A stretch of 48,250 nt of DNA, from assembly GCA_046728075.1 (NCBI GenBank), contig JBKPDV010000141.1, forward strand, positions 1-48,250, read 5' to 3'. Positions 1 to 9,391 of this stretch are shown piece after piece. Position 1 is the stretch's first letter, and every line of letters starts with the position of its first letter. The notes under the pieces were generated by a model. The model was not told the DNA's origin. It ran no database searches and saw nothing but the letters and a program-made list of their open reading frames with translations. The DNA comes from Acidobacteriota bacterium (GTDB lineage Bacteria; Acidobacteriota; Thermoanaerobaculia; UBA5066; Gp7-AA6). The translations under genes were made by a program, and so were the position numbers.

Positions 1-395
1 TACTCGACCTCCACCGCCTCCACGCCGTCGGCCGCGGCGTAGCGATCCGTCGCGATGACCGCCGCGACCTCCTGGGCCTGGTACATCACCTTCTCGATGG
101 GCAGAACCATCTGGGTGTCCGACATCAGAGTCGGCATCCAGTGCAGGTTGTATTGCTTGAGAGTTTCGCCGGTGATGACGGCGAGCACGCCCGGGACCTG
201 GAGCGCTTTGGACGAGTCGATCTTGACGATCTTCGCGTGAGCGAACGGACTGCGCACGATGTCCATGTGGAGCATGCCGGGCAGCTGGATGTCGTCCACG
301 TAGTTGCCCTTGCCGCGAAGGAAGCGCGGGTCCTCCTTGCGCTTGATCGAGTGGCCCATGCCCCCGACTTCGGGTGAGGTGCGAGGTGTTGCCAT
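1..395 (-). CDS. coxL: Aerobic CO dehydrogenase large subunit, form I (N-terminal part; runs off the window edge)
   Basis: Absent from the ORF track, so translated by hand from ATG 395 (RBS AGGAG): MATPRTSPEVGGMGHSIKRKEDPRFLRGKGNYVDDIQLPGMLH...YNLHWMPTLMSDTQMVLPIEKVMYQAQEVAAVIATDRYAAADG. The NLHxMPTL motif and M-S-L gene order are form I features. The active-site AYXCSFR motif lies outside the window. Confidence 0.9.
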   Translation of the reverse strand, partial: MATPRTSPEVGGMGHSIKRKEDPRFLRGKGNYVDDIQLPGMLHMDIVRSPFAHAKIVKIDSSKALQVPGVLAVITGETLKQYNLHWMPTLMSDTQMVLPIEKVMYQAQEVAAVIATDRYAAADGVEAVEVE

Positions 396-411
396 GGCTC
401 CTGGCTCCTTC

Positions 412-909
412 CTAGCGCGCCCGCGCTTCTTGCTGGCGCGTCCGCGCTGCAGCGGCGGCGTGCTGGACGGCCTTGATGATGTTGTTGTACCCCGTGCAAC
501 GGCAGAGGTTGCCCGAGATGGCCCGGCGGATATCGGCTTCCGTGGGGTCCGCATTCGACTTCAGGAGCGCGCAGCTCGTCATCATCATGCCGGGAGTGCA
601 GTAGCCGCACTGCAGGCCGTGCTCCTGGTAAAAACCTTCCTGGATCGGATCGAGCTTTCCGTCTTTCTCGAGGCCCTCGACGGTCGTGACGTCGCGGCCG
701 TCGGCTTGGACCGCGAGCACCGTGCAGGACTTGACCGGCACTCCGTCGAGCAGCACCGTGCAGGCGCCGCAGTGCGTGGTGTCGCAGCCGATGTGCGTGC
801 CCGTGAGGCGCAGCCGCTCGCGCAGAAAGTGAACGAGCAGGAGGCGCGACTCGACCTCGCCCGACTGGGCTGCCCCGTTGACCGTGAGCTGGATGCTGTG
901 CTTGCCCAT
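412..909 (-). CDS. coxS: CO dehydrogenase small (2Fe-2S) subunit
   Basis: [20 protein letters not shown] and NLCRCTGY motifs; lies between coxM and coxL. Confidence 0.95.
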   Translation of the reverse strand: MGKHSIQLTVNGAAQSGEVESRLLLVHFLRERLRLTGTHIGCDTTHCGACTVLLDGVPVKSCTVLAVQADGRDVTTVEGLEKDGKLDPIQEGFYQEHGLQCGYCTPGMMMTSCALLKSNADPTEADIRRAISGNLCRCTGYNNIIKAVQHAAAAARTRQQEARAR

Positions 910-911
910 GG

Positions 912-1784
912 TTACGCTCCTTGCGCCCGGGCGACCGCCTTCGTGAGCGCGCGCCCCGTCAGGACCCTGGCCATGTCCTTCTTGTATTCGACCGCGCCGC
1001 GCCGGTCCGCGGAGGGCGACGTCGCCTGCACCGCGAGCCGGGCCGCCTCCGCAATGGTTGCGGCGTCTGCCTTCTTGCCCTTCAGGAATTGCTCCGCGGC
1101 CGTCGCCTGGATCGGAATCGGGCCGGCGTTGGTCAGGCCGATTCCGGCCTTCTCGATCTCTCCCCCCTTGCCGAGCGTGACCTGCGCGGCCGTTGCCGCG
1201 GTCGCGAAATCTCCGACCTTGCGCTCGAGCTTGACGTAGGCGCCTCCGCTCGCGCCTTTCGGGACAGGGATGCGGATTTCCGTCAGGATCTCGTCGGCCG
1301 CGAGCGCTGTCGCGAAGAGGCCGGTGAAGAACTTGTTGATCGGGATCGTGCGCGCTCCCTTGGGCCCGGTGGCCACGACCTCCGCGCCGTAGGCGAGCAT
1401 TGTCGCGGGATGGTCGTTGGCCGGATCGCCGTGGGCGAGGTTGCCGCCGACGGTTGCGAGATTGCGAACGAGCGGGTCGGCAATGACGGCGGCCGTATCG
1501 GCGAGCAGCGGGTATCGCTTCCGGACGAGATCGGAGCGCTCGAGCGCCGATTCGAGCGTCCGCCCCCCGATTTTCAGGAAGCCTCCATCCTCGCGAATGT
1601 ATTCGAGGTCGGGGATTTTCCCGATGTCCACGAGGTGACCGGCGGAGCCCAGGCGCAGCTTCAGGAGCGGCAGCAGGCTCTGCCCCCCCGAGAGCACTTT
1701 GGCTTCCTCGCCGTATCGGCCGAGCAGGGCGATTGCCTCGGCGAGCGTCTTGGGAGCGTGGTAGTCAAAGGATCCGGGAATCAT
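912..1784 (-). CDS. coxM: CO dehydrogenase medium (FAD) subunit
   Basis: [11 protein letters not shown] start; [29 protein letters not shown] and [12 protein letters not shown] motifs. Confidence 0.95.
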   Translation of the reverse strand: MIPGSFDYHAPKTLAEAIALLGRYGEEAKVLSGGQSLLPLLKLRLGSAGHLVDIGKIPDLEYIREDGGFLKIGGRTLESALERSDLVRKRYPLLADTAAVIADPLVRNLATVGGNLAHGDPANDHPATMLAYGAEVVATGPKGARTIPINKFFTGLFATALAADEILTEIRIPVPKGASGGAYVKLERKVGDFATAATAAQVTLGKGGEIEKAGIGLTNAGPIPIQATAAEQFLKGKKADAATIAEAARLAVQATSPSADRRGAVEYKKDMARVLTGRALTKAVARAQGA

Positions 1785-1811
1785 GTCCTCTCCTTTCGAC
1801 CGGCCGGGAAG

Positions 1812-2438
1812 CTATCGAAACCAGCGCCAGTAAATCGCTAAAACGACGATGGCGGCAACGATCCAGAAGACGGGGCCCTTGACGGCGCGCCCGAGCATGC
1901 GACCGGCGGCGCCTGCGCCGAGCGAGACCGCATCGATCGGCGTCGCGGCTGCGGGAGCCGGTGCCCCGCCCTGTGGCCCGTTCGACGCCGCGAGGTCGGC
2001 CTGCATCGCCTCCGTGAACTTCTGGAGCATTTGATCGGAGACGTCCTGGATCATCCGGGCGCCCATCTGAGCGAGGATGCCGGTGATGTTGAGCTGCGAA
2101 ACGGCTGAAACCTCGGTCTTGCCGGGCGCGATCTCGGTCAGAACGCTCTGCATTTTCAAGTCCGCGCCGCCCTTGCCCTTCACGTCCTGACCCGAGGCTA
2201 CGATGTCGGCCGTGCCCGCCGCCGGATCGAGCGCCTCGAATCGGACTTTGCCCTTGTAGCTCGCCGTCACCGGCCCGACCTTGATCGCGATCGTGCCGGT
2301 GTAGTTCTTGTCATCCACCTTCTCCGTCAGCGCCGCGCCGGGCAGACACCGCGCCACGCGGTACGGATCGGTCAGAAACTCCCAGACCGCGCTCTTCGGA
2401 GCGTCGATCGTGAAGGTCTTCCGGATCTCGAGCGACAT
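1812..2438 (-). CDS. coxG: CoxG (SRPBCC fold) with C-terminal membrane anchor
   Basis: VWEFLTDP..VARCLPGA and IKVGPV..YKG motifs; hydrophobic tail FWIVAAIVVLAIYWRWFR. Confidence 0.88.
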   Translation of the reverse strand: MSLEIRKTFTIDAPKSAVWEFLTDPYRVARCLPGAALTEKVDDKNYTGTIAIKVGPVTASYKGKVRFEALDPAAGTADIVASGQDVKGKGGADLKMQSVLTEIAPGKTEVSAVSQLNITGILAQMGARMIQDVSDQMLQKFTEAMQADLAASNGPQGGAPAPAAATPIDAVSLGAGAAGRMLGRAVKGPVFWIVAAIVVLAIYWRWFR

Positions 2439-2447
2439 CGTTGTGCC

Positions 2448-3695
2448 TCACTCGGCTTGTTCGTTTTCCGATACGCCGCTCAGCAGCACCGGCGGATGCT
2501 TCCACCACCAGTCGGTTCCCTTGCCGGCCATCCGCTCACCCACGGCGAAGAGCTCCTTCATGTATTTCGTGTCGAAGAACTGCGTGTGGGGGTAATCGAA
2601 AGTCGGTGGTATGAAGGCCAGGTTGTACTCGAGGCGGTCTCTCTGGCTGATCGTGTAGATAATATAGAGATCCCCGATCCCCTGGAACTGAACGAGGCAG
2701 GTGATTGCGCGGAACGCGATCGGCAGCGTGCGGCGTTCCACTTGCGCCCATTCCGGGTCGAGCCGCGCGTTGCGGATGATGTATAGCTTGCGTCTTCGCG
2801 GCGCGATCTGGTGAAGTTGCGTGGCAGTGGGATAGATGAAGACCTGCGCCGCGGTCGCACCGTCCACGTGCATCTCCTGGTACGCTTTGCCGCCCGCCAG
2901 GACGTCGATCATCACCGGTGGGAACGTGCCCGGGATTGCCGAAGAGGCGATCAGGATCTTCCGGACGAGCTCCAGCGCGTGGGCGGAACGGGCCGCGGCG
3001 ATCTCGGTGATGTTCCAGATCACCGGACGCCGCGCGTCGAGGTTGGTCGTCGCGACGAGCAGGACCCGTCCTTTGTCCCGTTCATCGGCGATCGCGTCGA
3101 GCACCTTCCGCGTCACATGCTTCTCGACGAGTTTCCGGAGGGGCGCGTTGTCCGACATCGCATCCCCGTACAGCACCCAGAGCGGCGATCGCTTCAGGGC
3201 GATGTCGCGGAAGCTGATCCCGGTATAGATGGACCTGAGCGTGACGTCGTAGGCCGGTCCGAGAAACGCGAAGGGAGCGATGAGAGCCCCCGTACTCACA
3301 CCGGTGACGAGCTTGAATGTCGGTCGATCGCCGGTGGCGGACCAGCCGTTCAGGAGGCCCGCTCCGAAGGCACCGTTGTCGCCGCCGCCGGAGATCGCGA
3401 CAAATGCGGCGGTGGGGAGCGTCTCATTTTTTTCACCGTGGCTGCGGAGGTAAAGCGTCTCCCGCTCAATGGACGCCAGATAATCCTGCTCGAACTCCGC
3501 GACGTGCGTGGCGTCCGTCGGGAAGTACCGGATGTAGTTGGGAAAGCCGGGGACCACGGCCAACGTCTGAAGCTCGCTGGGCACAGCGGACCGTCGTGTG
3601 ATGCCCGACGGACGTAACACAAAAAACAGCCCGACGACCATGGCCACGAAGGCGCCTAAAGCAAACATGATCCAGCGTCCGCACCCGCGGGTCAT
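2448..3695 (-). CDS. Patatin-like phospholipase with N-terminal TM/signal segment
   Basis: SGGGDNG oxyanion loop, GVSTG nucleophile, ASSAIP and HVDGA motifs; RBS GAGGAGG. Confidence 0.88.
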   Translation of the reverse strand: MTRGCGRWIMFALGAFVAMVVGLFFVLRPSGITRRSAVPSELQTLAVVPGFPNYIRYFPTDATHVAEFEQDYLASIERETLYLRSHGEKNETLPTAAFVAISGGGDNGAFGAGLLNGWSATGDRPTFKLVTGVSTGALIAPFAFLGPAYDVTLRSIYTGISFRDIALKRSPLWVLYGDAMSDNAPLRKLVEKHVTRKVLDAIADERDKGRVLLVATTNLDARRPVIWNITEIAAARSAHALELVRKILIASSAIPGTFPPVMIDVLAGGKAYQEMHVDGATAAQVFIYPTATQLHQIAPRRRKLYIIRNARLDPEWAQVERRTLPIAFRAITCLVQFQGIGDLYIIYTISQRDRLEYNLAFIPPTFDYPHTQFFDTKYMKELFAVGERMAGKGTDWWWKHPPVLLSGVSENEQAE

Positions 3696-3723
3696 GGCGC
3701 CTCCTCAGGCACTTCGCTATGCC

Positions 3724-4848
3724 TCACGCCGCCAGCAGCGGCAGCAGGCGCTCGAGGGTCTCGAGGCTGTGCGCCGGCAGGAGGAGATCGATGAACGGCA
3801 GCGCGGCCGCCATGCCGCGTGCCGTCGGTTCGTAGCGGGCATCTGAGAGGAGCGGATTTAACCAGAGGACCTTTCGGGCCTTCGAGCGGATGGCGCGCAT
3901 CGCGCCGACCAGAACCTCCGTGTCGCCCCGGTCCAGGCCGTCGCTCAAGACGAGGACGACGGTCCTGCCATCCACGGTCATGTTCAGGTAAGCGTCCACG
4001 AAGGCCGACAGGCATTCCCCGATGCGTGTGCCGCCCGACCAATCCGGTACGCCGGCGGAGAGGCTCTCGAGCGTGTGTCCGATCCGGTCCGGCGAGAGCC
4101 AGGGCGTCAGGCGCGTCAGCGCCGTGTTGAAGGCGAAGATCTCTGTGCGGCGCGCAACCTTCTTGAGGGCGAGCAGGAAGCTGAGCAGAAACCGGGTGTG
4201 CGGATCCATCGAGCCGCTCGTGTCGCACAGGGCGACCAGACGGGGTTTCTCGACGGCGCGTCGGCGCCTCGCAAGCTTCAAGAACTCGCCGTCGGTCGCG
4301 ACGGCGGCGCGGAAGCTGCGCCGCGGGTCCATGGTTCCCCGCCCGCGCCCCGGCACGAGCCGCCTGCTCGGCCGCGTTGCGAGCCTCTCGGCGAGGCGCG
4401 CGAGGAGCCTTTCCATCGCCGCCAGGTCATCGGGCGCGCAGTCTTCGAAGGACTTGCGCCGCAGCAGCGCCTCGGGGCTCCAGGCCGGTGCGTCTCCCGA
4501 GGCGATTTCGCGCTCGTTCCGGCCCTGTGCTCCGGATCCGCCCAGAGCGCCGGCGCTCTTGCGGGGCGACTCGTGCGGAACCCGGCGGTCTCGAGCAGCC
4601 CGGGAGACTGCCGCTTCCCGCGGCAACGCGGACCAGAACCGCTCGAAGAGGACATCGAAGGCCTCGGTGTCCCGCCGCCGAATCTTGAGAGAAACCCGGA
4701 GCGTGCGCTTGAACTCCGCCCGATCGAAAATGTCGATCAGCGGGAGAGCGGCGAGCGCGTCCGCCTCGTCCGAAAGAACGACCGGCACGCCCCGCTCCCG
4801 GAGCGCGCCGCCGAACGCGGCGAGTTGCACCGGGAGGCTCGCCTGCAT
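3724..4848 (-). CDS. coxE: CoxE-like VWA domain protein
   Basis: CDTSGSM MIDAS motif, WSGGTRIG, LSDGLD and WLNPL. Start re-assigned to ATG 4848 (TGATG overlap with the coxD stop). Confidence 0.88.
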   Translation of the reverse strand: MQASLPVQLAAFGGALRERGVPVVLSDEADALAALPLIDIFDRAEFKRTLRVSLKIRRRDTEAFDVLFERFWSALPREAAVSRAARDRRVPHESPRKSAGALGGSGAQGRNEREIASGDAPAWSPEALLRRKSFEDCAPDDLAAMERLLARLAERLATRPSRRLVPGRGRGTMDPRRSFRAAVATDGEFLKLARRRRAVEKPRLVALCDTSGSMDPHTRFLLSFLLALKKVARRTEIFAFNTALTRLTPWLSPDRIGHTLESLSAGVPDWSGGTRIGECLSAFVDAYLNMTVDGRTVVLVLSDGLDRGDTEVLVGAMRAIRSKARKVLWLNPLLSDARYEPTARGMAAALPFIDLLLPAHSLETLERLLPLLAA

Positions 4849-5726
4849 CAGCCCGCCGCCGCCTCGACGAGCGCGGCGAGCTCGCCGCCCGCAAACTCGC
4901 GCATGTCGTTTTTGTCCTTCAGAACACAGCCCAGGGTCTGGTGCACGATTTCGGGATCGAGCTCGTCCTGGTGGAGAGTGACCAGGGCCTGCGCCCAGTC
5001 GATCGTCTCGGCTACGCCGGGAGACTTCAGCAGGCGCTTGCCGCGCAACGCTTGCACGAAGCGCGCGATCTGCTCGGAGAGGCGGGCCCCGGCGTCGGGC
5101 ACGCGCGAGCGGATGATGCGGACTTCCTTCTCGAAGCTCGGGTGCTCGATGTAGAGGTAGAGGCAGCGGCGGCGCAGGGCGTCTCCGATCTCGCGGCTGC
5201 GGTTGGAGGTCAGAATGACGTAAGGGACGTGCTCGGCCCGGATCGTCCCGAGCTCCGGGATCGTGACCTGGAAGTCCGAGAGGATCTCGAGCAGAAACGC
5301 CTCGAACCCGTCGTCGGCGCGGTCCACTTCGTCCACGAGCAGCACGGGCGGCCCCTGAACTCGCGTGATGGCTTTTAAGAGCGGCCGTTCGAGGAGGTAC
5401 TCCCGCGAGAAGATGACGTGCTGGAGGCCGGACGGCTCCGCGTGCTCCCCGGCCATCCGGACGCGAAGCATCTGACGCGGGTAGTCCCACTCGTAGAGAG
5501 CTGTCGAGACGTCGAGGCCCTCGTAGCACTGCAAGCGGATGAGCTCCGTGCCCAGCACGCGCGCGAGCACCTTGGCAATCTCGGTCTTGCCGACCCCGGC
5601 ATCGCCTTCGACGAGCAGCGGCTTCTTCATTTCCGTCGAGAGGAAGACGGCCGTCGCGATCTCCGGCTCGGCGATATAGCCGTGCCGTTCCATCTCCTCC
5701 TGCATGGCGAGGATCTCGGCCTTCAT
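4848..5726 (-). CDS. coxD: CoxD-like MoxR AAA+ ATPase
   Basis: Walker A EGDAGVGKT, RLQCYEGLD, Walker B LLVDEVD, and DALRRRC. Confidence 0.92.
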   Translation of the reverse strand: MKAEILAMQEEMERHGYIAEPEIATAVFLSTEMKKPLLVEGDAGVGKTEIAKVLARVLGTELIRLQCYEGLDVSTALYEWDYPRQMLRVRMAGEHAEPSGLQHVIFSREYLLERPLLKAITRVQGPPVLLVDEVDRADDGFEAFLLEILSDFQVTIPELGTIRAEHVPYVILTSNRSREIGDALRRRCLYLYIEHPSFEKEVRIIRSRVPDAGARLSEQIARFVQALRGKRLLKSPGVAETIDWAQALVTLHQDELDPEIVHQTLGCVLKDKNDMREFAGGELAALVEAAAG

Positions 5727-6712
5727 GCCCGGCTTCCCGCGCCGGCGGGCGCGCCATACCGCTCGGGCGCGGCGAGGAACTTCTCCCGGCAGCCGCCGCA
5801 GCAGAAGACGTAAGCTCGGCCGCCGACATCCGCGCGGTGCCGCGCGGTCGCGATTTCGACGCTCATCCCGCAGACGGGATCGAGACCTTTCGCGGCGGCC
5901 GCCCCAGGAACCGTGCGCGACGGCAGCATCGCGGCCGAGCGCGCCGCAGCGGAGCGCTTTGCCACGATCCCCGCGAGGATGCTGACGGCGATCTCCTCCG
6001 CCGTCGTCGCGCCGATATCAAGCCCCGCCGGGCACTCCAGCCGCTCCAGCGCGGCGCCCGAGGCGCCGCGCGACAGGAGGATCTCCCGCATCTCCGCAAA
6101 GCGTGTCTTCGAGGAGACAAGACCCACGAACTCGGCCTCGAGCCCGAGCGCGGCCACGATCGCTTCCTCGTCCCCCTCCCCCATCGTCGCGACGACCCCC
6201 GCGCCCCGGGGCGCCGGCTCGAGCTTCGCGAGGTCCGTCGTCAGGGATTCCGCGTCGGGAAACGCGGTCCGATCGGCTTCGGGCCCCGCCGCGTGGACGG
6301 AGAAACCCATCGCTTTGCCGAGCCGCGCGAGAGCGCGCGCGACAGGGGAGTGGCCGAAGACGAGCAGCCGCCGCGCCGGGAGAACCGGCTCCACGTAAAT
6401 GTCCACGCTTCCTCCGCTGTGGCAGGTCATCGGCAACGCCGTGACGCCGGGTCTCTTGTCCGCGCCCGGGTCCGGTGAGAGAGCAACGAGGCGAGGACGG
6501 CCGTCGGCGAGCGCGCGGGCGGCCTCGCGAGCGACCATCGGCTGAGTGCAGCTGCCGCCGAGCCAGCCGTGGAACTCTCCCGAGGCCGTGATGACGGCGG
6601 CGTCCCCGACCTGAGCCGAGCTGGCCGGCTCCCGTCGCACGACCGTGGCAAGGACGAAGGGTTCTTCCCGGCGGGAGAGCTCTGCCGCGAGCGTCAGGAT
6701 GTCGCGACGCAC
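5723..6712 (-). CDS. XdhC/CoxF-family maturation protein fused to a C-terminal YHS (TRASH) domain
   Basis: GWLGGSC, TCHSGG and PAGLDIGA..EEIAVSILA motifs; C-terminal DPVCGM...YVFCCGGCREKF. Confidence 0.88.
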   Translation of the reverse strand: MRRDILTLAAELSRREEPFVLATVVRREPASSAQVGDAAVITASGEFHGWLGGSCTQPMVAREAARALADGRPRLVALSPDPGADKRPGVTALPMTCHSGGSVDIYVEPVLPARRLLVFGHSPVARALARLGKAMGFSVHAAGPEADRTAFPDAESLTTDLAKLEPAPRGAGVVATMGEGDEEAIVAALGLEAEFVGLVSSKTRFAEMREILLSRGASGAALERLECPAGLDIGATTAEEIAVSILAGIVAKRSAAARSAAMLPSRTVPGAAAAKGLDPVCGMSVEIATARHRADVGGRAYVFCCGGCREKFLAAPERYGAPAGAGSRA

Positions 6713-7299
6713 ATTCGCTCCCAGTCTTCCTCTCGGTCCACGTCGGCGAGCCTGGCGGCAGGCCAGGACACCCGCACCGCCTCGTCCGCGTGCCGCTTGA
6801 TCACACGCTTTCCGCAGCCGTCGCCCTCCGACCCGCCGAGCTCCGGAAACAGCGGTCGGGCATAGAGCGTCGGAGGAGCGTGAACGCCCTCGTAGTCGGA
6901 GGCGACGAGCGGCGCGTGCGTCTGGCGGTACGACTGGACGAGGAGCGCGATCATGTCGCCCGTCACGAATGGCATGTCGGCGAGGAGCACGACTACGGCC
7001 GCGACGTCTTTTGGGACGGCCCCGACACCGGCCCGAAGCGACGTGTTCATCCCCCGCGCGTGGTCTGCATTTACGATCGTTCGCACCGGGAGGCCCGAGA
7101 GCTCCTGCCCGATCCGATCGGCATCGTGCCCGAGCACCACGACGACGGGATCGAGGCCTCCCTCCAGGGCGGCTTTCGCCGCGCGACGGGCGAGCGAGTC
7201 TCCGTTGAGATGGAGCAGGAGCTTGTTGCGGCCGAATCGCGTCGAGGCTCCTGCGGCGAGGACGACGCCGCCGACGGACAGCTCTGCGTCAACCGGCAT
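6694..7299 (-). CDS. mocA: Molybdenum cofactor cytidylyltransferase (MocA-like NTP transferase)
   Basis: VLAAGASTRFGRNKLL, GMNTSLRAG, LADMP and DVDREED motifs. Start re-assigned to ATG 7299. CODH uses the MCD cofactor. Confidence 0.82.
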   Translation of the reverse strand: MPVDAELSVGGVVLAAGASTRFGRNKLLLHLNGDSLARRAAKAALEGGLDPVVVVLGHDADRIGQELSGLPVRTIVNADHARGMNTSLRAGVGAVPKDVAAVVVLLADMPFVTGDMIALLVQSYRQTHAPLVASDYEGVHAPPTLYARPLFPELGGSEGDGCGKRVIKRHADEAVRVSWPAARLADVDREEDWERMCVATS

Positions 7300-8296
7300 G
7301 GATCGCCCCTTCCTTTTCGCGTAGAGACCAGGGCTGCCGGGAGGAATGGACCGCCAGCAGCTCGGCCACGATGGAGAGCGCCACCTGCTCCGGCCCCTCA
7401 GCTCCGAGGTCGAGGCCGACCGGCGAGAAGACCCGCCCGCCCGCGGCGGCTCCGATCTCGGAAAGGATTTTCGCGCCGCGCGCCCGCGGGCCCAGCAGGC
7501 CAACGTACGGGACGCCGCCCGAGAGGAGCTGCCGCATCCATTCGCGGTCATGCGCGAAGGAGTGCGTCTTGACGACGGCAAACGCCCGCGGCCCCGCGGG
7601 CAGCCCGGCGAGGGTCTCCTCGGGCCGCCTCGCGGCGAGTCCGAAGGCCGCGGGGAAACGCTCCCGCGAAAGACTCGCCGGCCGGTGATCCACCAGCGTG
7701 ACTCGAAAGCCCGCGTCCGCGGCGTAGGCGCACAGCGGGATCGCGTCGTCTCCCGCTCCGAACACGAGGAGATGCGGCGGCGGCTGGAGGCTCTCGACGA
7801 AGACCTCGGCCTTTTCCCGCCGGTCGGCCTTCCCCTCGCCCCCGGGCTCGAGCACGCTCACGCGCCCCGCCTCGTCGCCTCGTATTGTGGTCGAGATCGA
7901 GAACGGCCGGTCGCCCGAGAGCCGATCGAGGACCTCCCGCGCCGCTTCGAGCGCCTCGCCCGAGGATGCGCTCTGCACGAAGATCTCGACGGACCCGCTG
8001 CATCCCAGGCCTAGGCCGAACACCGAGCTGTCGTCGGCGCTTGTCTCGTAGCGCAAGAGCCGCGACGCGCCGGAGCGCAGGACCTCGAGGGCGACCTCGC
8101 GCACATCCCCTTCGAGACAGCCGCCACTGATGCTGCCGGAGGTGTGGCCGTCCTCTTCTACAAGGAACTTCGCGCCGGGCCGTCGGTAGGCGGACCCCTC
8201 GATTCGAACGACGGTCGCGATGGCGGCTCTCCGGCCCGCGTCGGCCAGGCGGACCACGCGAGAAAGAACGTCCGCGGTCTCTTTCCAGTGCTTCAC
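7289..8296 (-). CDS. XdhC/CoxI-family molybdenum cofactor chaperone
   Basis: GSAYRRPGA, SGGCLE, GLGLGCSG, FGAGDDA and PVGLDLGAEGPEQVALSI motifs. GTG start at 8296 overlaps the upstream stop (GTGA). Confidence 0.88.
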   Translation of the reverse strand: MKHWKETADVLSRVVRLADAGRRAAIATVVRIEGSAYRRPGAKFLVEEDGHTSGSISGGCLEGDVREVALEVLRSGASRLLRYETSADDSSVFGLGLGCSGSVEIFVQSASSGEALEAAREVLDRLSGDRPFSISTTIRGDEAGRVSVLEPGGEGKADRREKAEVFVESLQPPPHLLVFGAGDDAIPLCAYAADAGFRVTLVDHRPASLSRERFPAAFGLAARRPEETLAGLPAGPRAFAVVKTHSFAHDREWMRQLLSGGVPYVGLLGPRARGAKILSEIGAAAGGRVFSPVGLDLGAEGPEQVALSIVAELLAVHSSRQPWSLREKEGAIHAG

Positions 8297-8673
8297 GGGC
8301 AGCTCTCCCGACCGCAGGCCGTCGCGGAACTCAGGATCTTCCGCGCGCGCGTGCGCATCGCCACAGCCGCCATCACGAGGGCCCCCGCCCAGCCGGCAAT
8401 TGGCAAGTCGACCCAGCGGCTCGCAAAAAGCACGAGAGCTCCGCCGAGGCCGGCCGCGAGCGCCCCCGCCGAGGGCCGCGCGCGAACGAGCAAGGTCAGC
8501 CACACGAGCGCGGTCAGACCGACGATCGCGTCCAGAACGGGCGCCGGGGGGAGAAGGGAACCGAACGCGGCAAAAAGCGGCAGGACGCAGAGAGGACATT
8601 TGGGCACGAAGAGCAGGGCGAGCGGAAGGAGCGCGGGGGCCGTCCGAACTGCCGCATGCCTGTTTCTCTTCAT
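8293..8673 (-). CDS. Small membrane protein with PKCPLC (CxxC) motif, first gene of the cox operon
   Basis: 126 aa with about 4 hydrophobic segments, the CxxC motif and a C-terminal CGRESCP; its stop overlaps the xdhC start. Confidence 0.7.
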   Translation of the reverse strand: MKRNRHAAVRTAPALLPLALLFVPKCPLCVLPLFAAFGSLLPPAPVLDAIVGLTALVWLTLLVRARPSAGALAAGLGGALVLFASRWVDLPIAGWAGALVMAAVAMRTRARKILSSATACGRESCP

Positions 8674-8698
8674 CGCCGTTCCGTCATCTCTCGCCTGC

Positions 8699-8728
8699 AG
8701 CATTCTCCCGACGGTCCGGCAGAGTCAA
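8699..8728 (-). promoter_or_regulatory. Possible sigma70 promoter for the cox operon
   Basis: TTGACT-N18-AATGCT on the minus strand, about 25 nt upstream of ATG 8673. Confidence 0.35.
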
Positions 8729-8797
8729 GGGTTTAAGGCGATCTTACGGATCGACGGCCGCCTGGGCGATCCCGGTAGCCACGCTCGGTGCTGTCGG

Positions 8798-9310
8798 TCA
8801 TTGCCCGGGCTTTTCGTCCGCGGACGGTCCGTAGATCGAGGGCACGGCCACATCGTTGAGCCGCAGATAGACCGTCAACTGGCCGCGGTGATGCGCCAGA
8901 TGATGGAAGACGCCGTCCCGAATCGCGATGTGCCGCGGCTGCTCCTGCATGACCCGGCCGCCGGCCAGCAACTTCCATCCCGTCATCAAGTGCGCGTCGG
9001 TTGTCGCGGACAAAGCCGCGCGGGCCTTCTCGACCGCTTCGTCGAACGCCCGCACCAGCTCCCGGCTCGTGCGCAGCTCCGGGGGCTTGTATCCGGAAGG
9101 ACCCTTCGGAGCGACGTCCAGTTGGTCCTGGTTCACCATCATCGCGATCCATCCGGGCATCGTGGCTACGAGAGTGGTCAGATAGCCCATCGCCATGGAT
9201 TTTTCGTGGGGCTTCCATTCGTAGAGTCCGTCAGGGACTCGCTCCAGCGTTCGTCGGGTCGCAGGTGTCTCGCGCTCCAGATCCGCAAGAAACAGATTGG
9301 TCAACTTCAT
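8798..9310 (-). CDS. DinB family protein
   Basis: WKPHEKSM and HHLAHHRGQLTVYLR...VPSIYGPSAD motifs. Confidence 0.9.
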   Translation of the reverse strand: MKLTNLFLADLERETPATRRTLERVPDGLYEWKPHEKSMAMGYLTTLVATMPGWIAMMVNQDQLDVAPKGPSGYKPPELRTSRELVRAFDEAVEKARAALSATTDAHLMTGWKLLAGGRVMQEQPRHIAIRDGVFHHLAHHRGQLTVYLRLNDVAVPSIYGPSADEKPGQ

Positions 9311-9391
9311 CGGTCGCTCCTCGTCCGAGTTTCAATGACCGTATTATTGCGCCGCAGGAATCGTTCGCACCTGCGATCGGATGATCTGAAG

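Noticed and set aside
4849-5829. N-terminal extension of coxE (701-aa ORF)
   Set aside because: Alternative frame over coxD with low-complexity Arg/Pro/Ala sequence; the TGATG overlap fixes the start at 4848.
8144-9391. 416-aa N-terminal extension of the kinase in the ORF track
   Set aside because: It is antisense to DinB, the CxxC gene and the xdhC start; the kinase family start MPISVGSRLGPY is at 9392.
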